Counted from the stretch's first letter, positions 19,055 through 28,153 are shown. The stretch: 62,136 bases of DNA from Eggerthellaceae bacterium (GCA_045629845.1 JAZQRZ010000212.1:1-62136); one strand, 5' to 3'. Numbers and translations are program-made. The notes: a model not told the origin generated them from the sequence alone.

Positions 19055-19241
19055 ACCCTCTCCTCTCAACTCGTCTAAAACTCGTTTCCACCTGTTAATA
19101 GCCCAGAGACCACTAACTGCTACGAATTTTGCTGTGAGGGTTTGTCATTGAGAAGATGACGAGTTTTTGCAGGGGGGCAAAGCGAAATTGACGACTTTTT
19201 CAGCTTACATTCAAATCTCTTTGATAATTACGACGTGACAA

Positions 19242-19454
19242 CTATGCTTCAGGATGCATGGCAGCATACTCGCGCTCGAGAATTTCCTTTGTTGCCTCTT
19301 TGCGCGTACACATGAACAAAGGGCCGCCCTTGTAGCGACGCATGGTCTTGTTTGTGCACAAAGGACGGCACGAGATACACGCTACATCGGCTAAAGCATA
19401 ATCACCTAAATCAACTTCACGCCTTATAAACTGGTCAACCTTATCGTCGCCCAT
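19242..19454 (-). CDS. small Cys-containing hypothetical protein (70 aa)
   Basis: Its ATG lies 2 nt after the LysR stop, with AAGGA upstream. Carries a CISCRPLC...C pattern. Confidence 0.4.
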   Translation of the reverse strand: MGDDKVDQFIRREVDLGDYALADVACISCRPLCTNKTMRRYKGGPLFMCTRKEATKEILEREYAAMHPEA

Positions 19455-19456
19455 AA

Positions 19457-20380
19457 CTAGATATCCTTAGGCATCAACATAGGATACGTATCCATCGAGT
19501 CAACCTTAAATGCAGAACGAACCCCTTGTGCAAGCTTCATAACGATAGTTGAGCTATCTGCAGACAATCGGAAAAGGATATAGAAGTGCCACTTAAGCTG
19601 TGGATCGGAGAGCTGCACGACGGAAGTACCCAAAGGCGGATTATCAGCAAACTTAGCAGACACAATGCCACAAATACCACCACCATGTCTACGTACCATA
19701 TGAACCATCGAGCCCGTAGACGCAATAACGTTAGCGCAACTGCGATCATAGCCCAGCATGTCAAGCTGCGCGAACAGGGGCTCATACTGGAACGTTGGCT
19801 CTGACATGAGCAACAATCGCTGATCCCTTAAATCGGAGACTGACACGAACTCTTTTTCAGCCAAAGGTGAAGACTTGTCGGTAATGATGTACGCAGGTGA
19901 ATCCATAACCTCGTACGAACTGCAGCTTTGAAAACTGCGTTCCATACACGACACAATAGCTGCATCAACCTTTCCTGAAAGGACTGATCGATAGCAGCGT
20001 TCGCAATCCATCTCGACAAAACGAAGCTGGCTTCCCCATTCAACAAAATACTCATCGACACCTAACGGAATACCAGCAAACAAGTTATTGCTAATAGCTA
20101 GATTTAACGTACGATCTTCGTCTTCGACGTTGACGAACAATACTCGCAAGCTGTCAACCGCGGAGACGATGCCATCGACGCGGCGCGCAACTATCTTGCC
20201 CGCTGGAGTTAGAACAACGCCATTCCCTTTACGTTCAAACAGCTCAACGCCAAGTTCCGACTCGAGTGCTTTAACAGAATGCGCGACGTTTTGACGACTT
20301 GTAAAGCATGCCTCAGCGGCGCGAGCATAACCAGAATGACGTGCTGCAGCCTGCATAAAACGCAACTGTTGAATCTCCAT
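19457..20380 (-). CDS. LysR-family transcriptional regulator
   Basis: N-terminal wHTH (MEIQQLRFMQAAARHSGYARAAEACFTSRQNVAHSVKALESELGVELFER). The start is trimmed to the ATG at 20380 after GGGAGGGG. Confidence 0.9.
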   Translation of the reverse strand: MEIQQLRFMQAAARHSGYARAAEACFTSRQNVAHSVKALESELGVELFERKGNGVVLTPAGKIVARRVDGIVSAVDSLRVLFVNVEDEDRTLNLAISNNLFAGIPLGVDEYFVEWGSQLRFVEMDCERCYRSVLSGKVDAAIVSCMERSFQSCSSYEVMDSPAYIITDKSSPLAEKEFVSVSDLRDQRLLLMSEPTFQYEPLFAQLDMLGYDRSCANVIASTGSMVHMVRRHGGGICGIVSAKFADNPPLGTSVVQLSDPQLKWHFYILFRLSADSSTIVMKLAQGVRSAFKVDSMDTYPMLMPKDI

Positions 20381-20458
20381 TGTCCCCTCCCAAAGCCAAT
20401 TCGATTCATCAAAGACGTCATTATACATACTCGGAAAAAATCATATTAGGGTCGTTTT

Positions 20459-20491
20459 TTCCTTTCAGGTTCCTTTCAGGTTCTTTTCAGG
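20459..20491. repeat. 3 x 11-bp direct tandem repeat (TTCCTTTCAGG TTCCTTTCAGG TTCTTTTCAGG) in a divergent intergenic region
   Basis: Read directly from the sequence. Lies between the LysR gene (minus) and the PAP2 gene (plus), just upstream of a TAGAAT -10-like hexamer at 20499-20504. Confidence 0.9.
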
Positions 20492-20528
20492 TTAGCACTA
20501 GAATGAAAAACATGAACTCAATTACCAC

Positions 20529-21044
20529 ATGGGGTATGATGTAACCATGCAATACCAAAAATGGTACACACAAATTTCGGAGCCTTTCCGAAGCGAGGCA
20601 GCTCAGGGCGTTATTAACGTGCTGGACCGTGGGCTTGTGTACTTAATTGCTGCCGCTTATATTGCAACGCTTATATATCTTGGCGCTACTGGAGATTTGC
20701 GATTTTGGCGCATGCTTGTTATTCCTGGGGGCGTTTTTGTACTTGTAACCGCAATGCGCATCATGATTAATGCCCCAAGACCTTACGAAGAATTCAATAT
20801 CGACCCCATTATCAAGAAGGAAACCGTTGGGGAATCTTTGCCGAGTCGCCATGTAGCCAGCGCCGTTATTATTGGTTGTGCTTTCCTGTGGCTTAATCCA
20901 ATTGCAGGAATCGCAACCCTTATTGCAAGCGTTATCGTTGCTTTCACACGAATCGTTGGCGGCGTACATTATCCTCGCGACATCGTAGTTTCTTTTATCC
21001 TGGCGCTAGCCTTTGCATTCATCGGCTTCGTTTTAATTCCGTAG
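20529..21044 (+). CDS. PAP2-family membrane phosphatase
   Basis: PAP2 motifs are present: NAPRP, PSRH and TRIVGGVHYPRD. Confidence 0.85.
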   Translation: MGYDVTMQYQKWYTQISEPFRSEAAQGVINVLDRGLVYLIAAAYIATLIYLGATGDLRFWRMLVIPGGVFVLVTAMRIMINAPRPYEEFNIDPIIKKETVGESLPSRHVASAVIIGCAFLWLNPIAGIATLIASVIVAFTRIVGGVHYPRDIVVSFILALAFAFIGFVLIP

Positions 21045-21150
21045 CAGCTTTCCTAATTGCATTATTGCTCGCAACCATAAAAACTCGTACCATAATATGA
21101 GCGGGTCATTTGGGGTTTTCTCGAATGGCCTAATTTTTAAGGAGGAGATC

Positions 21151-22608
21151 ATGACTGAAGAAAAACAGGCGCAAGCTACGTCTGAAAAGGGGACAAAGAA
21201 AAAGCTCAGCATGACCACGTGGATTCTTATTGCACTGGGTGCCGGCATTGTATGCGGCATCGTTTGCAATATGGTTATTCCACCAGATTCTTGGGCAGAT
21301 GTCTACCTTATCGAAGGCGTTTGTTACGTGCTTGGCCAAGGCTTTATTCGCTTGATGCAAATGCTGGTTGTTCCACTGGTATTTTGCTCTATCGTATGCG
21401 GCGCTGCTTCGATGAGCGATCCAAAAATGCTTGGTAAAGTTGGCGGCGGCACTATCCTTATGTATCTGTGCACTACCGCTCTTGCTATTACAATCGCTCT
21501 TATCATTGCTTCGTTCACGAACCCTGGCTTAGGTCTCGACATGGCATCAATTGTTCAGGTTGAACCGAAGGCTGCTGAAGAGCAGAAATTCGTGGATGTA
21601 ATCCTTAACATCATCCCTACGAACATCTTTGCTGCGCTTTCTGCCGGCACTATGCTGCAAGTTATCTTCTTTGCGCTTATCCTGGGCTTTATCTTGGGCA
21701 ACTTGGGCAAGAAGGTTGCTACCGTTAATCGCTTCTTTACGCAGTTCAATGCCGTCATGATGTACATGATTCAGCTGGTATTAAAGGTAGCACCCATTGG
21801 TATCTTCTGCTTGATTACCCGCACTTTCACAAATCTGGGAATCAGCGGCATTCTTCCGATGGTTAACTTTATTGGCACCGTATATCTGGGTCTCATCATT
21901 CAACTGCTCGTTGTCTACATGTTGCTCCTGTTCATTTTTACGCGCCTGAATCCGCTGCACTTCCTGAAGAAGATGTGGCCCGTTATGGTATTCGCGTTTT
22001 CGACAAGCTCTTCGAACGCCACCATTCCTTTGAACATGGAAACCCTAGAAAAGCGCATGGGCGTCGACCCTAAGGTTGCATCGTTCACGATTCCTTTAGG
22101 CGCCACCATCAACATGGACGGTACTGCCATTATGCAGGGCGCCGCTGTTATCTTTGCTGCTCAGGCCTTCGGTATCGACTTACCAACGTCTGCTTTGCTC
22201 TCCGTTGTTGTTACAGCCACAGCGGCCAGTATTGGTACGGCTGGTGTTCCTGGCGTTGGCACCATTATGCTAACCATGGTGTTCTCGACCGTCGGCTTAC
22301 CTGCTGAAGGTGTGGCTATGATTATGGGCATCGACCGTATTCTTGATATGGGTCGTACGGCCGTAAACGTTACCGGCGACGGCGTAGTTACCACGTGCAT
22401 TGCCAGTTTATGCGGCATGCTGAACAAAGAAGTCTTCCGCAACGACGCTATTGCTGCCGTTGATCTTGAAGACTTAGGCGAATCCCCCGAACCCGCTGAT
22501 TACCAGGATTTCACCTCGCATGGCGACCCAACGGAAATTGGTGAGCCAGGTGATCCTGATAAGTTCCGTAATCAGGATGATGTACTAGCTGAAGAAGTTG
22601 AAGATTAA
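21151..22608 (+). CDS. dicarboxylate/amino acid:cation symporter (DAACS family)
   Basis: Typical DAACS motifs ([25 protein letters not shown]). The start is trimmed to the ATG after AAGGAGGAG. Confidence 0.9.
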   Translation: MTEEKQAQATSEKGTKKKLSMTTWILIALGAGIVCGIVCNMVIPPDSWADVYLIEGVCYVLGQGFIRLMQMLVVPLVFCSIVCGAASMSDPKMLGKVGGGTILMYLCTTALAITIALIIASFTNPGLGLDMASIVQVEPKAAEEQKFVDVILNIIPTNIFAALSAGTMLQVIFFALILGFILGNLGKKVATVNRFFTQFNAVMMYMIQLVLKVAPIGIFCLITRTFTNLGISGILPMVNFIGTVYLGLIIQLLVVYMLLLFIFTRLNPLHFLKKMWPVMVFAFSTSSSNATIPLNMETLEKRMGVDPKVASFTIPLGATINMDGTAIMQGAAVIFAAQAFGIDLPTSALLSVVVTATAASIGTAGVPGVGTIMLTMVFSTVGLPAEGVAMIMGIDRILDMGRTAVNVTGDGVVTTCIASLCGMLNKEVFRNDAIAAVDLEDLGESPEPADYQDFTSHGDPTEIGEPGDPDKFRNQDDVLAEEVED

Positions 22609-22630
22609 AACATTGCATCAAAGCATCAAA

Positions 22631-22659
22631 CGAGCCCGATTCGTCGGGCTCGTTTTTTG
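22631..22659. terminator. intrinsic terminator between convergent DAACS and PiT genes (probably bidirectional)
   Basis: CGAGCCCGA-TTCG-TCGGGCTCG stem-loop followed by T6 on the plus strand. A-rich on the other side. Confidence 0.85.
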
Positions 22660-22703
22660 TTACCTGAAGACTAAGAAAGGCGGAGTCTTTTGTTAGATTT
22701 CAT

Positions 22704-23750
22704 TTAGAACAGCATGAAGATCTTGGCTAAGACAAAGCCAATAAGGCCGCAGCATGGGAAAGTTAAGACCCAAGCCAGAAGCATGCTCTTGGCAATATCC
22801 CAATTGACATGGCGAATGTTCTTCGATGCACCAACACCCATAATGGCCGAGGTAGAACAATGCGACGTAGAAACAGGCATGCCTGTGATACTAGACACAA
22901 ACAGAGTAATTACAGTACTTGTTGAAGCAGCCACACCTTGATACTTCTGCAGCTTAACCATATCCATGGCAACCGACTTAATAATGCGTTTTCCGCCCAA
23001 AAACGTACCAAGCGAAATAGCGAGCGAACATGAAATCATAAGCCACATGGGAAAGCCTGCCTGATCGGCTGATTCCATGCCAAAAGAAAGTGCGATACCC
23101 AAAATAGCAATCGACATAAACTTTTGACCGTCTTGCGCACCGTGTAAAAATGACAGGAACGCAGCCAGAATATCCTGCGTAATAACAAATACAACCGAGG
23201 AAGTACGACGAGGAATATTCTGGAAGGCCCATTCAACGAAACGCACCGAAAGCCAGCCCAGCAAAAAGCCAGCCACAAGTGAAAACGCCATTCCGTAAAT
23301 TACCTTCATCCATTCGCCAAGCACAACACCGCCCAAGCCGTTCATGGCTATAGCCCCACCGGTAATGCCAGCAATCAGCGAATGCGACTTGGAAGCAGGA
23401 ATGCCTCGCCACCAGCAGAAAACACCCCAGACGATTGCACCAATCATAGCCGCCATAAGCGCAAGCAACGCCTGATGCGTATCCCCGGAAAAGTCGACCA
23501 TATTAAACATGGTGTGAGCAACGGCCGTTGAAATATAAGTCATGCCAACAAGGCCAATAAAATTGAAAACTGCAGCTAAAACAAGGGCTTGATTAGGTGT
23601 TAAGCAGCGAGTGGAAACAGCAGTTGCAATTGCATTTGGCGCATCGGTTGCACCAGAGATAATAGTAACAACAAGGGTAAGAATAATGATAACAGCCAAT
23701 GAGGGATACGCGGCCACTTGGCCGAGAATCGCAAACAAGCTGAGGTCCAT
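22704..23750 (-). CDS. inorganic phosphate transporter, PiT family
   Basis: PHO4/PiT signature (GATDAPNAIATAVSTR). The track ORF starts at a TTG at 23771. I prefer the ATG at 23750. Confidence 0.88.
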   Translation of the reverse strand: MDLSLFAILGQVAAYPSLAVIIILTLVVTIISGATDAPNAIATAVSTRCLTPNQALVLAAVFNFIGLVGMTYISTAVAHTMFNMVDFSGDTHQALLALMAAMIGAIVWGVFCWWRGIPASKSHSLIAGITGGAIAMNGLGGVVLGEWMKVIYGMAFSLVAGFLLGWLSVRFVEWAFQNIPRRTSSVVFVITQDILAAFLSFLHGAQDGQKFMSIAILGIALSFGMESADQAGFPMWLMISCSLAISLGTFLGGKRIIKSVAMDMVKLQKYQGVAASTSTVITLFVSSITGMPVSTSHCSTSAIMGVGASKNIRHVNWDIAKSMLLAWVLTFPCCGLIGFVLAKIFMLF

Positions 23751-23849
23751 TCCGTTCCCTTTCTTAGGCAAATCACGGAATACTCATTCTAGCGAACCTT
23801 CGGCGGTTTGCGTAACATGCGGGCTGAAAAAGGCGCCAAAGGTACTAAG

Positions 23850-23883
23850 TAAACGAAGGCGTGTCGAAAATCGACACGCCTTC
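23850..23883 (-). terminator. intrinsic terminator after the alanine/glycine symporter gene
   Basis: 13-bp stem GAAGGCGTGTCGA...TCGACACGCCTTC followed by GUUUACUU. Confidence 0.7.
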
Positions 23884-23907
23884 TTCTGGAGAGCTTGTTA
23901 ACTGCGC

Positions 23908-25401
23908 TTATTCAGGAGCGCCACTCTTCCACGTAGCAGGATCGTTCACATAAGGAACCATACCCTCTTCATGGCCGCCATTATCATTCAGGCGCTTCAA
24001 GAAGTCCTTGGTTTCCTTAGCAACAACACCCGAAAGCGCAAGAAGAGCAATCATGTTCGGGATAGCCATAAGACCATTGAAGATGTCTGCGATGGTCCAT
24101 ACAGCTGCAACTGTCATGTACGGGCCAATAAAGACAGCAAGGATGTACAGCCAACGATACACCTTAACAGCCTTCATATTGCCGTTCGTCAGGTATTCCA
24201 AGCAACGCTCGGAATAGTAGTCCCAGCCAAGAATGGTGGTAAAACCAAACAGCGCCATGCAAAGCATTACCAGAAAATTCGTAACTGCAGCAGGCAGGAA
24301 CGGCAGACCTTCAGCAAAAGCAAACATCGTAACCTGAGCACCTTCGAGGCCCGTGTTACCAGCACCCGTCATAACCAGCGCCAGGCCAGTCATCGAGCAA
24401 ACGATGATGGTGTCAAGGAAGGTGCCGGTCATGGAAACCAGACCCTGACGGACAGGTTCTTTCGTCTGAGCAGCAGCTGCCGCAATAGGAGCAGAACCCA
24501 GGCCAGCTTCGTTACTAAAGATACCGCGTGCAATACCCTTCTGCATTGCGATAATCATGGCGCCAAGTGCGCCACCGGCTGCAGCGCGCAGACCAAATGC
24601 ACCTTCAAAGATTTGAACAAATGCATCAGGCAGAGCCGTGATGTTAAAGATGATAACCAGCAGGCCCATAAGAACATAGACAACAACCATGACAGGAATA
24701 ATGCGTTCTGCCACAGCCGCAATACGACGAAGACCGCCAATAACGATGAGTGCAACCAGAACAGCCAAGATCAGACCGCCGATAACCGTTGCCCACGTAT
24801 AATCATTACCAAAGGCGCTAAATGCAATAGCGGCGCTATCCGGATCAAAGAAACCGTTCACAGAGCTGGCAATACTATTAACCTGCGTGAACGTACCAAT
24901 ACCCATGAGGCCTACGCAGACTCCGAAGAAAGCAAACAGCTTAGCAAGCCAGCGCCAGTTCTTACCCATACCACGTTCGATGTAATAGAACGGGCCACCC
25001 AGAACATGGCCAGTTTCCTTGTCGTAGCTGCGGTACTTTACTGCAAGCATACCCTCGGCATACTTCGTTGCCATACCAAACAGTGCAGCAACCCACATCC
25101 AGAACAAGGCACCAGGACCACCAGCCACAACAGCCGTTGCAACACCAACGATGTTACCAGTACCGATGGTGGCGGAAAGAGCCGTACAAAGAGCACCAAA
25201 ACTTGTAACCTCGCCCTTGGCTCCCTTTTCGTTCTTAAGCATGTAATGCAAAGCCTTACCAAGCTTACGGAACTGCAAACCACCAACGCGAATGGTTAAG
25301 AAAATACCTCCGAACAAAATGAGGCAGATCAGCGGGATGCCCCAGACAAAGTCGTCTATGACCCCCAAAATCTCGTCGAATGCTGCCAAAGCAGATTCCA
25401 T
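23908..25401 (-). CDS. alanine/glycine:cation symporter (AGCS family)
   Basis: Characteristic AGCS sequence (SFGALCTALSATIGTGNIVGVATAVVAGGPGALFWMW). Sits downstream of a glycine riboswitch. Confidence 0.92.
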   Translation of the reverse strand: MESALAAFDEILGVIDDFVWGIPLICLILFGGIFLTIRVGGLQFRKLGKALHYMLKNEKGAKGEVTSFGALCTALSATIGTGNIVGVATAVVAGGPGALFWMWVAALFGMATKYAEGMLAVKYRSYDKETGHVLGGPFYYIERGMGKNWRWLAKLFAFFGVCVGLMGIGTFTQVNSIASSVNGFFDPDSAAIAFSAFGNDYTWATVIGGLILAVLVALIVIGGLRRIAAVAERIIPVMVVVYVLMGLLVIIFNITALPDAFVQIFEGAFGLRAAAGGALGAMIIAMQKGIARGIFSNEAGLGSAPIAAAAAQTKEPVRQGLVSMTGTFLDTIIVCSMTGLALVMTGAGNTGLEGAQVTMFAFAEGLPFLPAAVTNFLVMLCMALFGFTTILGWDYYSERCLEYLTNGNMKAVKVYRWLYILAVFIGPYMTVAAVWTIADIFNGLMAIPNMIALLALSGVVAKETKDFLKRLNDNGGHEEGMVPYVNDPATWKSGAPE

Positions 25402-25504
25402 TGCTACAAACACCTTCCCCTACTAACTAAGCCGTAACACGGCACAACACTACCGCGCTGGTTACATCTGGATACGGGAAAGGTGAGTACAGCTGACCAC
25501 TGTA

Positions 25505-25605
25505 TTGTCGCCTCTGTCCGTTTGCCTGAGAGATTCAGCCCTTACGAGCCTTGCACCTTCGGCACTCATTTAAGAGTTCTCCAGAGTTTTCTCCTCCCCC
25601 GGTTT
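25505..25605 (-). promoter_or_regulatory. glycine riboswitch (single aptamer) in the 5' leader of the AGCS symporter gene
   Basis: The minus-strand RNA ...CUCUGGAGAACUCUUAAAUGAGUGCCGAAGGUGCAAGGCUCGUAAGGGCUGAAUCUCUCAGGCAAACGGACAGAG... matches the conserved glycine aptamer core (CUCUGGAGA / CCGAAGGnGCAA / CUCAGGCAAaaGGACAGAG). Confidence 0.8.
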
Positions 25606-25648
25606 CGGATGGCCGATTCCGAGGGCCTCATAGAAAAGCGCTTGCGCA

Positions 25649-25677
25649 ATTATGCCCCTGAGTATCAACGATTGCAA
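25649..25677 (-). promoter_or_regulatory. candidate sigma-70-type promoter for the riboswitch-AGCS transcript
   Basis: TTGCAA, 17 nt, CATAAT on the minus strand, about 45 nt upstream of the aptamer. Confidence 0.5.
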
Positions 25678-25748
25678 TAGGGAATTTTGACGAAATGTTT
25701 TAGAAATATGCCCAGCGTAACAAAAGCTTAGAAACGCACTACCTTAGA

Positions 25749-25780
25749 CAAAAAAGAAGGGCAAGCAAAAGCTTGCCCTT
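25749..25780 (-). terminator. intrinsic terminator after gap
   Basis: AAGGGCAAGC-TTTT-GCTTGCCCTT followed by CUUUUUUG on the minus strand. Confidence 0.85.
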
Positions 25781-25804
25781 GCACTACCAAACTGATGAAT
25801 TGTT

Positions 25805-26830
25805 TTATGCCGTACGTACGCTATGAACATGACGCGTAAGGTCAAGCATTTTGTTCGAGAAACCCCATTCGTTGTCGTACCAAGCCATAAGCTTTACGAA
25901 ATGATCGTTTAAAGCCTTACCAGCATGAGCGTCGAAGATGCAGGTATGCGGATCGGTGCGGAAGTCCTGAGATACGACTTCGTCTTCGGTATAAGCCATG
26001 ACACCCTTCATCGGACCTTCGCAGGCGGCCTTTACAGCAGCACAAATCTGCTCGTAGCTTGCAGGCTTTTCCAAGCGAATAGTAAGATCGGCAAGCGAAA
26101 CATCGGCAGCGGGGATACGCACCGAAACACCCGTCATCTTGCCAGCCAAATCGGGAATAACTTTGCCCACTGCATCGGCAGCGCCAGTGGTGGTGGGAAC
26201 GATATTACCAAAGACCGAGCGGCCCAAACGCCAATTCTTCTTCGGGAAGCCATCTACAGGCGACTGGGATGCCGTGGTGGCATGGCACGTCGTCATAAAC
26301 CCTTCGACAATGCCAAAATTGTCGTTAATAACCTTTGCCAGCGGTGCCACACAATTCGTGGTACAGGAAGCATTGGAAACAATGTTCATATCAGGCGTGT
26401 ACTTATCAAGATTTACACCGCAAACCAGCATGGGGCTATCGTCACGCACAGGGCCTGAAATGACGACAACTTCAGCGCCAGCATCAAGATGCAGTTGAGC
26501 CTTTTCCTTGTCGCGATATTGACCCGTGCATTCCATGACGTATTCAACGCCCAATTCTTTCCACGGCAAATTTGCTGCATCGCGATACTTTTCGTCGGAA
26601 AGAACAGTGATTTCTTTGCCATCGACGACAATGATGCCCTTATCGTCGTCAGCTTCGATTTCACCATCGAAGCGACCATGAACCGTGTCGTAACGCACGG
26701 CATAGGCAATCTGAGATGCTGGATGACGCGGTGCGTTAATGGCGACGACTTCGATATCGTCAGACTTGATAGCTGCTCTGAACACAAGGGAACCAATGCG
26801 ACCAAATCCATTGATACCAATCTTGATCAT
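25805..26830 (-). CDS. gap: type I glyceraldehyde-3-phosphate dehydrogenase
   Basis: [21 protein letters not shown]-binding motif and the active-site [16 protein letters not shown]. Confidence 0.96.
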   Translation of the reverse strand: MIKIGINGFGRIGSLVFRAAIKSDDIEVVAINAPRHPASQIAYAVRYDTVHGRFDGEIEADDDKGIIVVDGKEITVLSDEKYRDAANLPWKELGVEYVMECTGQYRDKEKAQLHLDAGAEVVVISGPVRDDSPMLVCGVNLDKYTPDMNIVSNASCTTNCVAPLAKVINDNFGIVEGFMTTCHATTASQSPVDGFPKKNWRLGRSVFGNIVPTTTGAADAVGKVIPDLAGKMTGVSVRIPAADVSLADLTIRLEKPASYEQICAAVKAACEGPMKGVMAYTEDEVVSQDFRTDPHTCIFDAHAGKALNDHFVKLMAWYDNEWGFSNKMLDLTRHVHSVRTA

Positions 26831-27022
26831 TGTGCCACCTTTCGATTTTCAACGTTCATTTTTTAGTGCTGCTTCCCTACAAAAATTAAGCCGCACTTCC
26901 TGACACGCGGCGTTATTACAGACAGAGATAAAGTACCGTAACAGCCGGAATATTACTAGCGATGTTTCGTGTGTCTCGGCGAACGACCTATCAAATAATA
27001 GAAGTGCTTTACCGTCGCAAAT

Positions 27023-28153
27023 CTAGCCTTCCCATTCGACTAAGCAATCATCGAGAGCTGCTTCAATGGCAGCACGATTCATGTTGCGACCAATAAAGAC
27101 AATGACAGTTTGCCTGTCGCCGCATCGAGTATCCCAGCGCGCCATAATGCCAGGATTTTCCTCGAAAATACGCGTCTGTTCTTCTTCAGGAAGCGATGCG
27201 ATAAACGGACCGTTATCAATAAAGGTACGCTGCCCACCCGCTTGTTCTAAAAGGAAACACGTATCGGACTGTTGAGCAAACCAAGTCATGCCCTTTGTTC
27301 GAATGATTTCTTCAGGCCAGTTGCTTGCAAAAGTTGAGAAAGCATCAAGATCAAACGGCTTGCGACGTGCATATACAAACGTAGAAATGTCATATTCAAG
27401 CAGTTCGGGGTCGCCATGGTCTTCAGGATTCATCATCAATTGAAGCCAAGCGGCGGATTGATATACCTCTTCAAAATCAAAACGACCTGTATTCAGTACC
27501 TGATCAAGCGAAACATCACAATTTGTGGCTTCAATAATGACAGCTTCCTTTTGCAAGCTACGAACAATCGCCTTAAGTTCAGCCAGTTGCTCTGGAGTAA
27601 CCAAATCGACCTTGTTCAAAATAACCGTGGTACAGAATTCGAGCTGTTCGATAATCAGGCTTTCAAGATCATCCTCGTCAAGATCTTCAGCCGTTAAACT
27701 ACGCCCGCCATTGAATTCTTCAATCATGCGAGCGCAATCAACAACGGTCACAATGTTATCAACGGTAAGCGGCGATTCTTCACTTCCTTCGTACTGCTCA
27801 CAGAATTCTGAAATGGTGTAAGCAATCGGCATAGGTTCACATATACCCGAAGCCTCGATGATGATGTAATCAAATTCACCTGAGTCCGCAATGCCAGCAA
27901 GCTGATCAGCTAAGTCTTCAGATAACGTGCAGCAAATACAACCATTAGTCAAAGGTATAACGGTGTCGAATTCAGCAACGCCACTTTCTCGAATAAGATC
28001 AGCGTCGATGTTTACAGCACCGATATCGTTAACAATAACGGCAGCACGTAAGTTTTGGTCATTAGCCAAAATATGATTTAGAAGCGTCGTTTTCCCCGCA
28101 CCTAAATAGCCAGTAACTAGTACGACTTTTACGGGATTCTGCGCTTGAGCCAT
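27023..28153 (-). CDS. COG0523-family G3E GTPase (CobW/YeiR/ZigA-like metallochaperone)
   Basis: P-loop (VTGYLGAGKTTLLNHIL), the CxCC metal motif (GCICCTL) and a CobW C-terminal domain. Confidence 0.9.
   Translation of the reverse strand: MAQAQNPVKVVLVTGYLGAGKTTLLNHILANDQNLRAAVIVNDIGAVNIDADLIRESGVAEFDTVIPLTNGCICCTLSEDLADQLAGIADSGEFDYIIIEASGICEPMPIAYTISEFCEQYEGSEESPLTVDNIVTVVDCARMIEEFNGGRSLTAEDLDEDDLESLIIEQLEFCTTVILNKVDLVTPEQLAELKAIVRSLQKEAVIIEATNCDVSLDQVLNTGRFDFEEVYQSAAWLQLMMNPEDHGDPELLEYDISTFVYARRKPFDLDAFSTFASNWPEEIIRTKGMTWFAQQSDTCFLLEQAGGQRTFIDNGPFIASLPEEEQTRIFEENPGIMARWDTRCGDRQTVIVFIGRNMNRAAIEAALDDCLVEWEG

Noticed and set aside
16511-19069. Tat signal peptide or in-frame TGA (selenocysteine) in the Mo-enzyme
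   Set aside because: The N-terminus with either start has no RRxFLK-type motif. The ORF is uninterrupted, so no Sec recoding is implied.
23971-25299. 442-aa plus-strand ORF
   Set aside because: It is antisense to the AGCS symporter, which has strong family motifs. The ORF is compositionally odd (N/R/K/T-rich) and has no RBS.
25414-25700. Second (tandem) glycine aptamer
   Set aside because: I searched both flanks of the aptamer for a second GGAGA...CCGAAGG...CUCAGG...GGAC core and found none, so I report it as a singlet.
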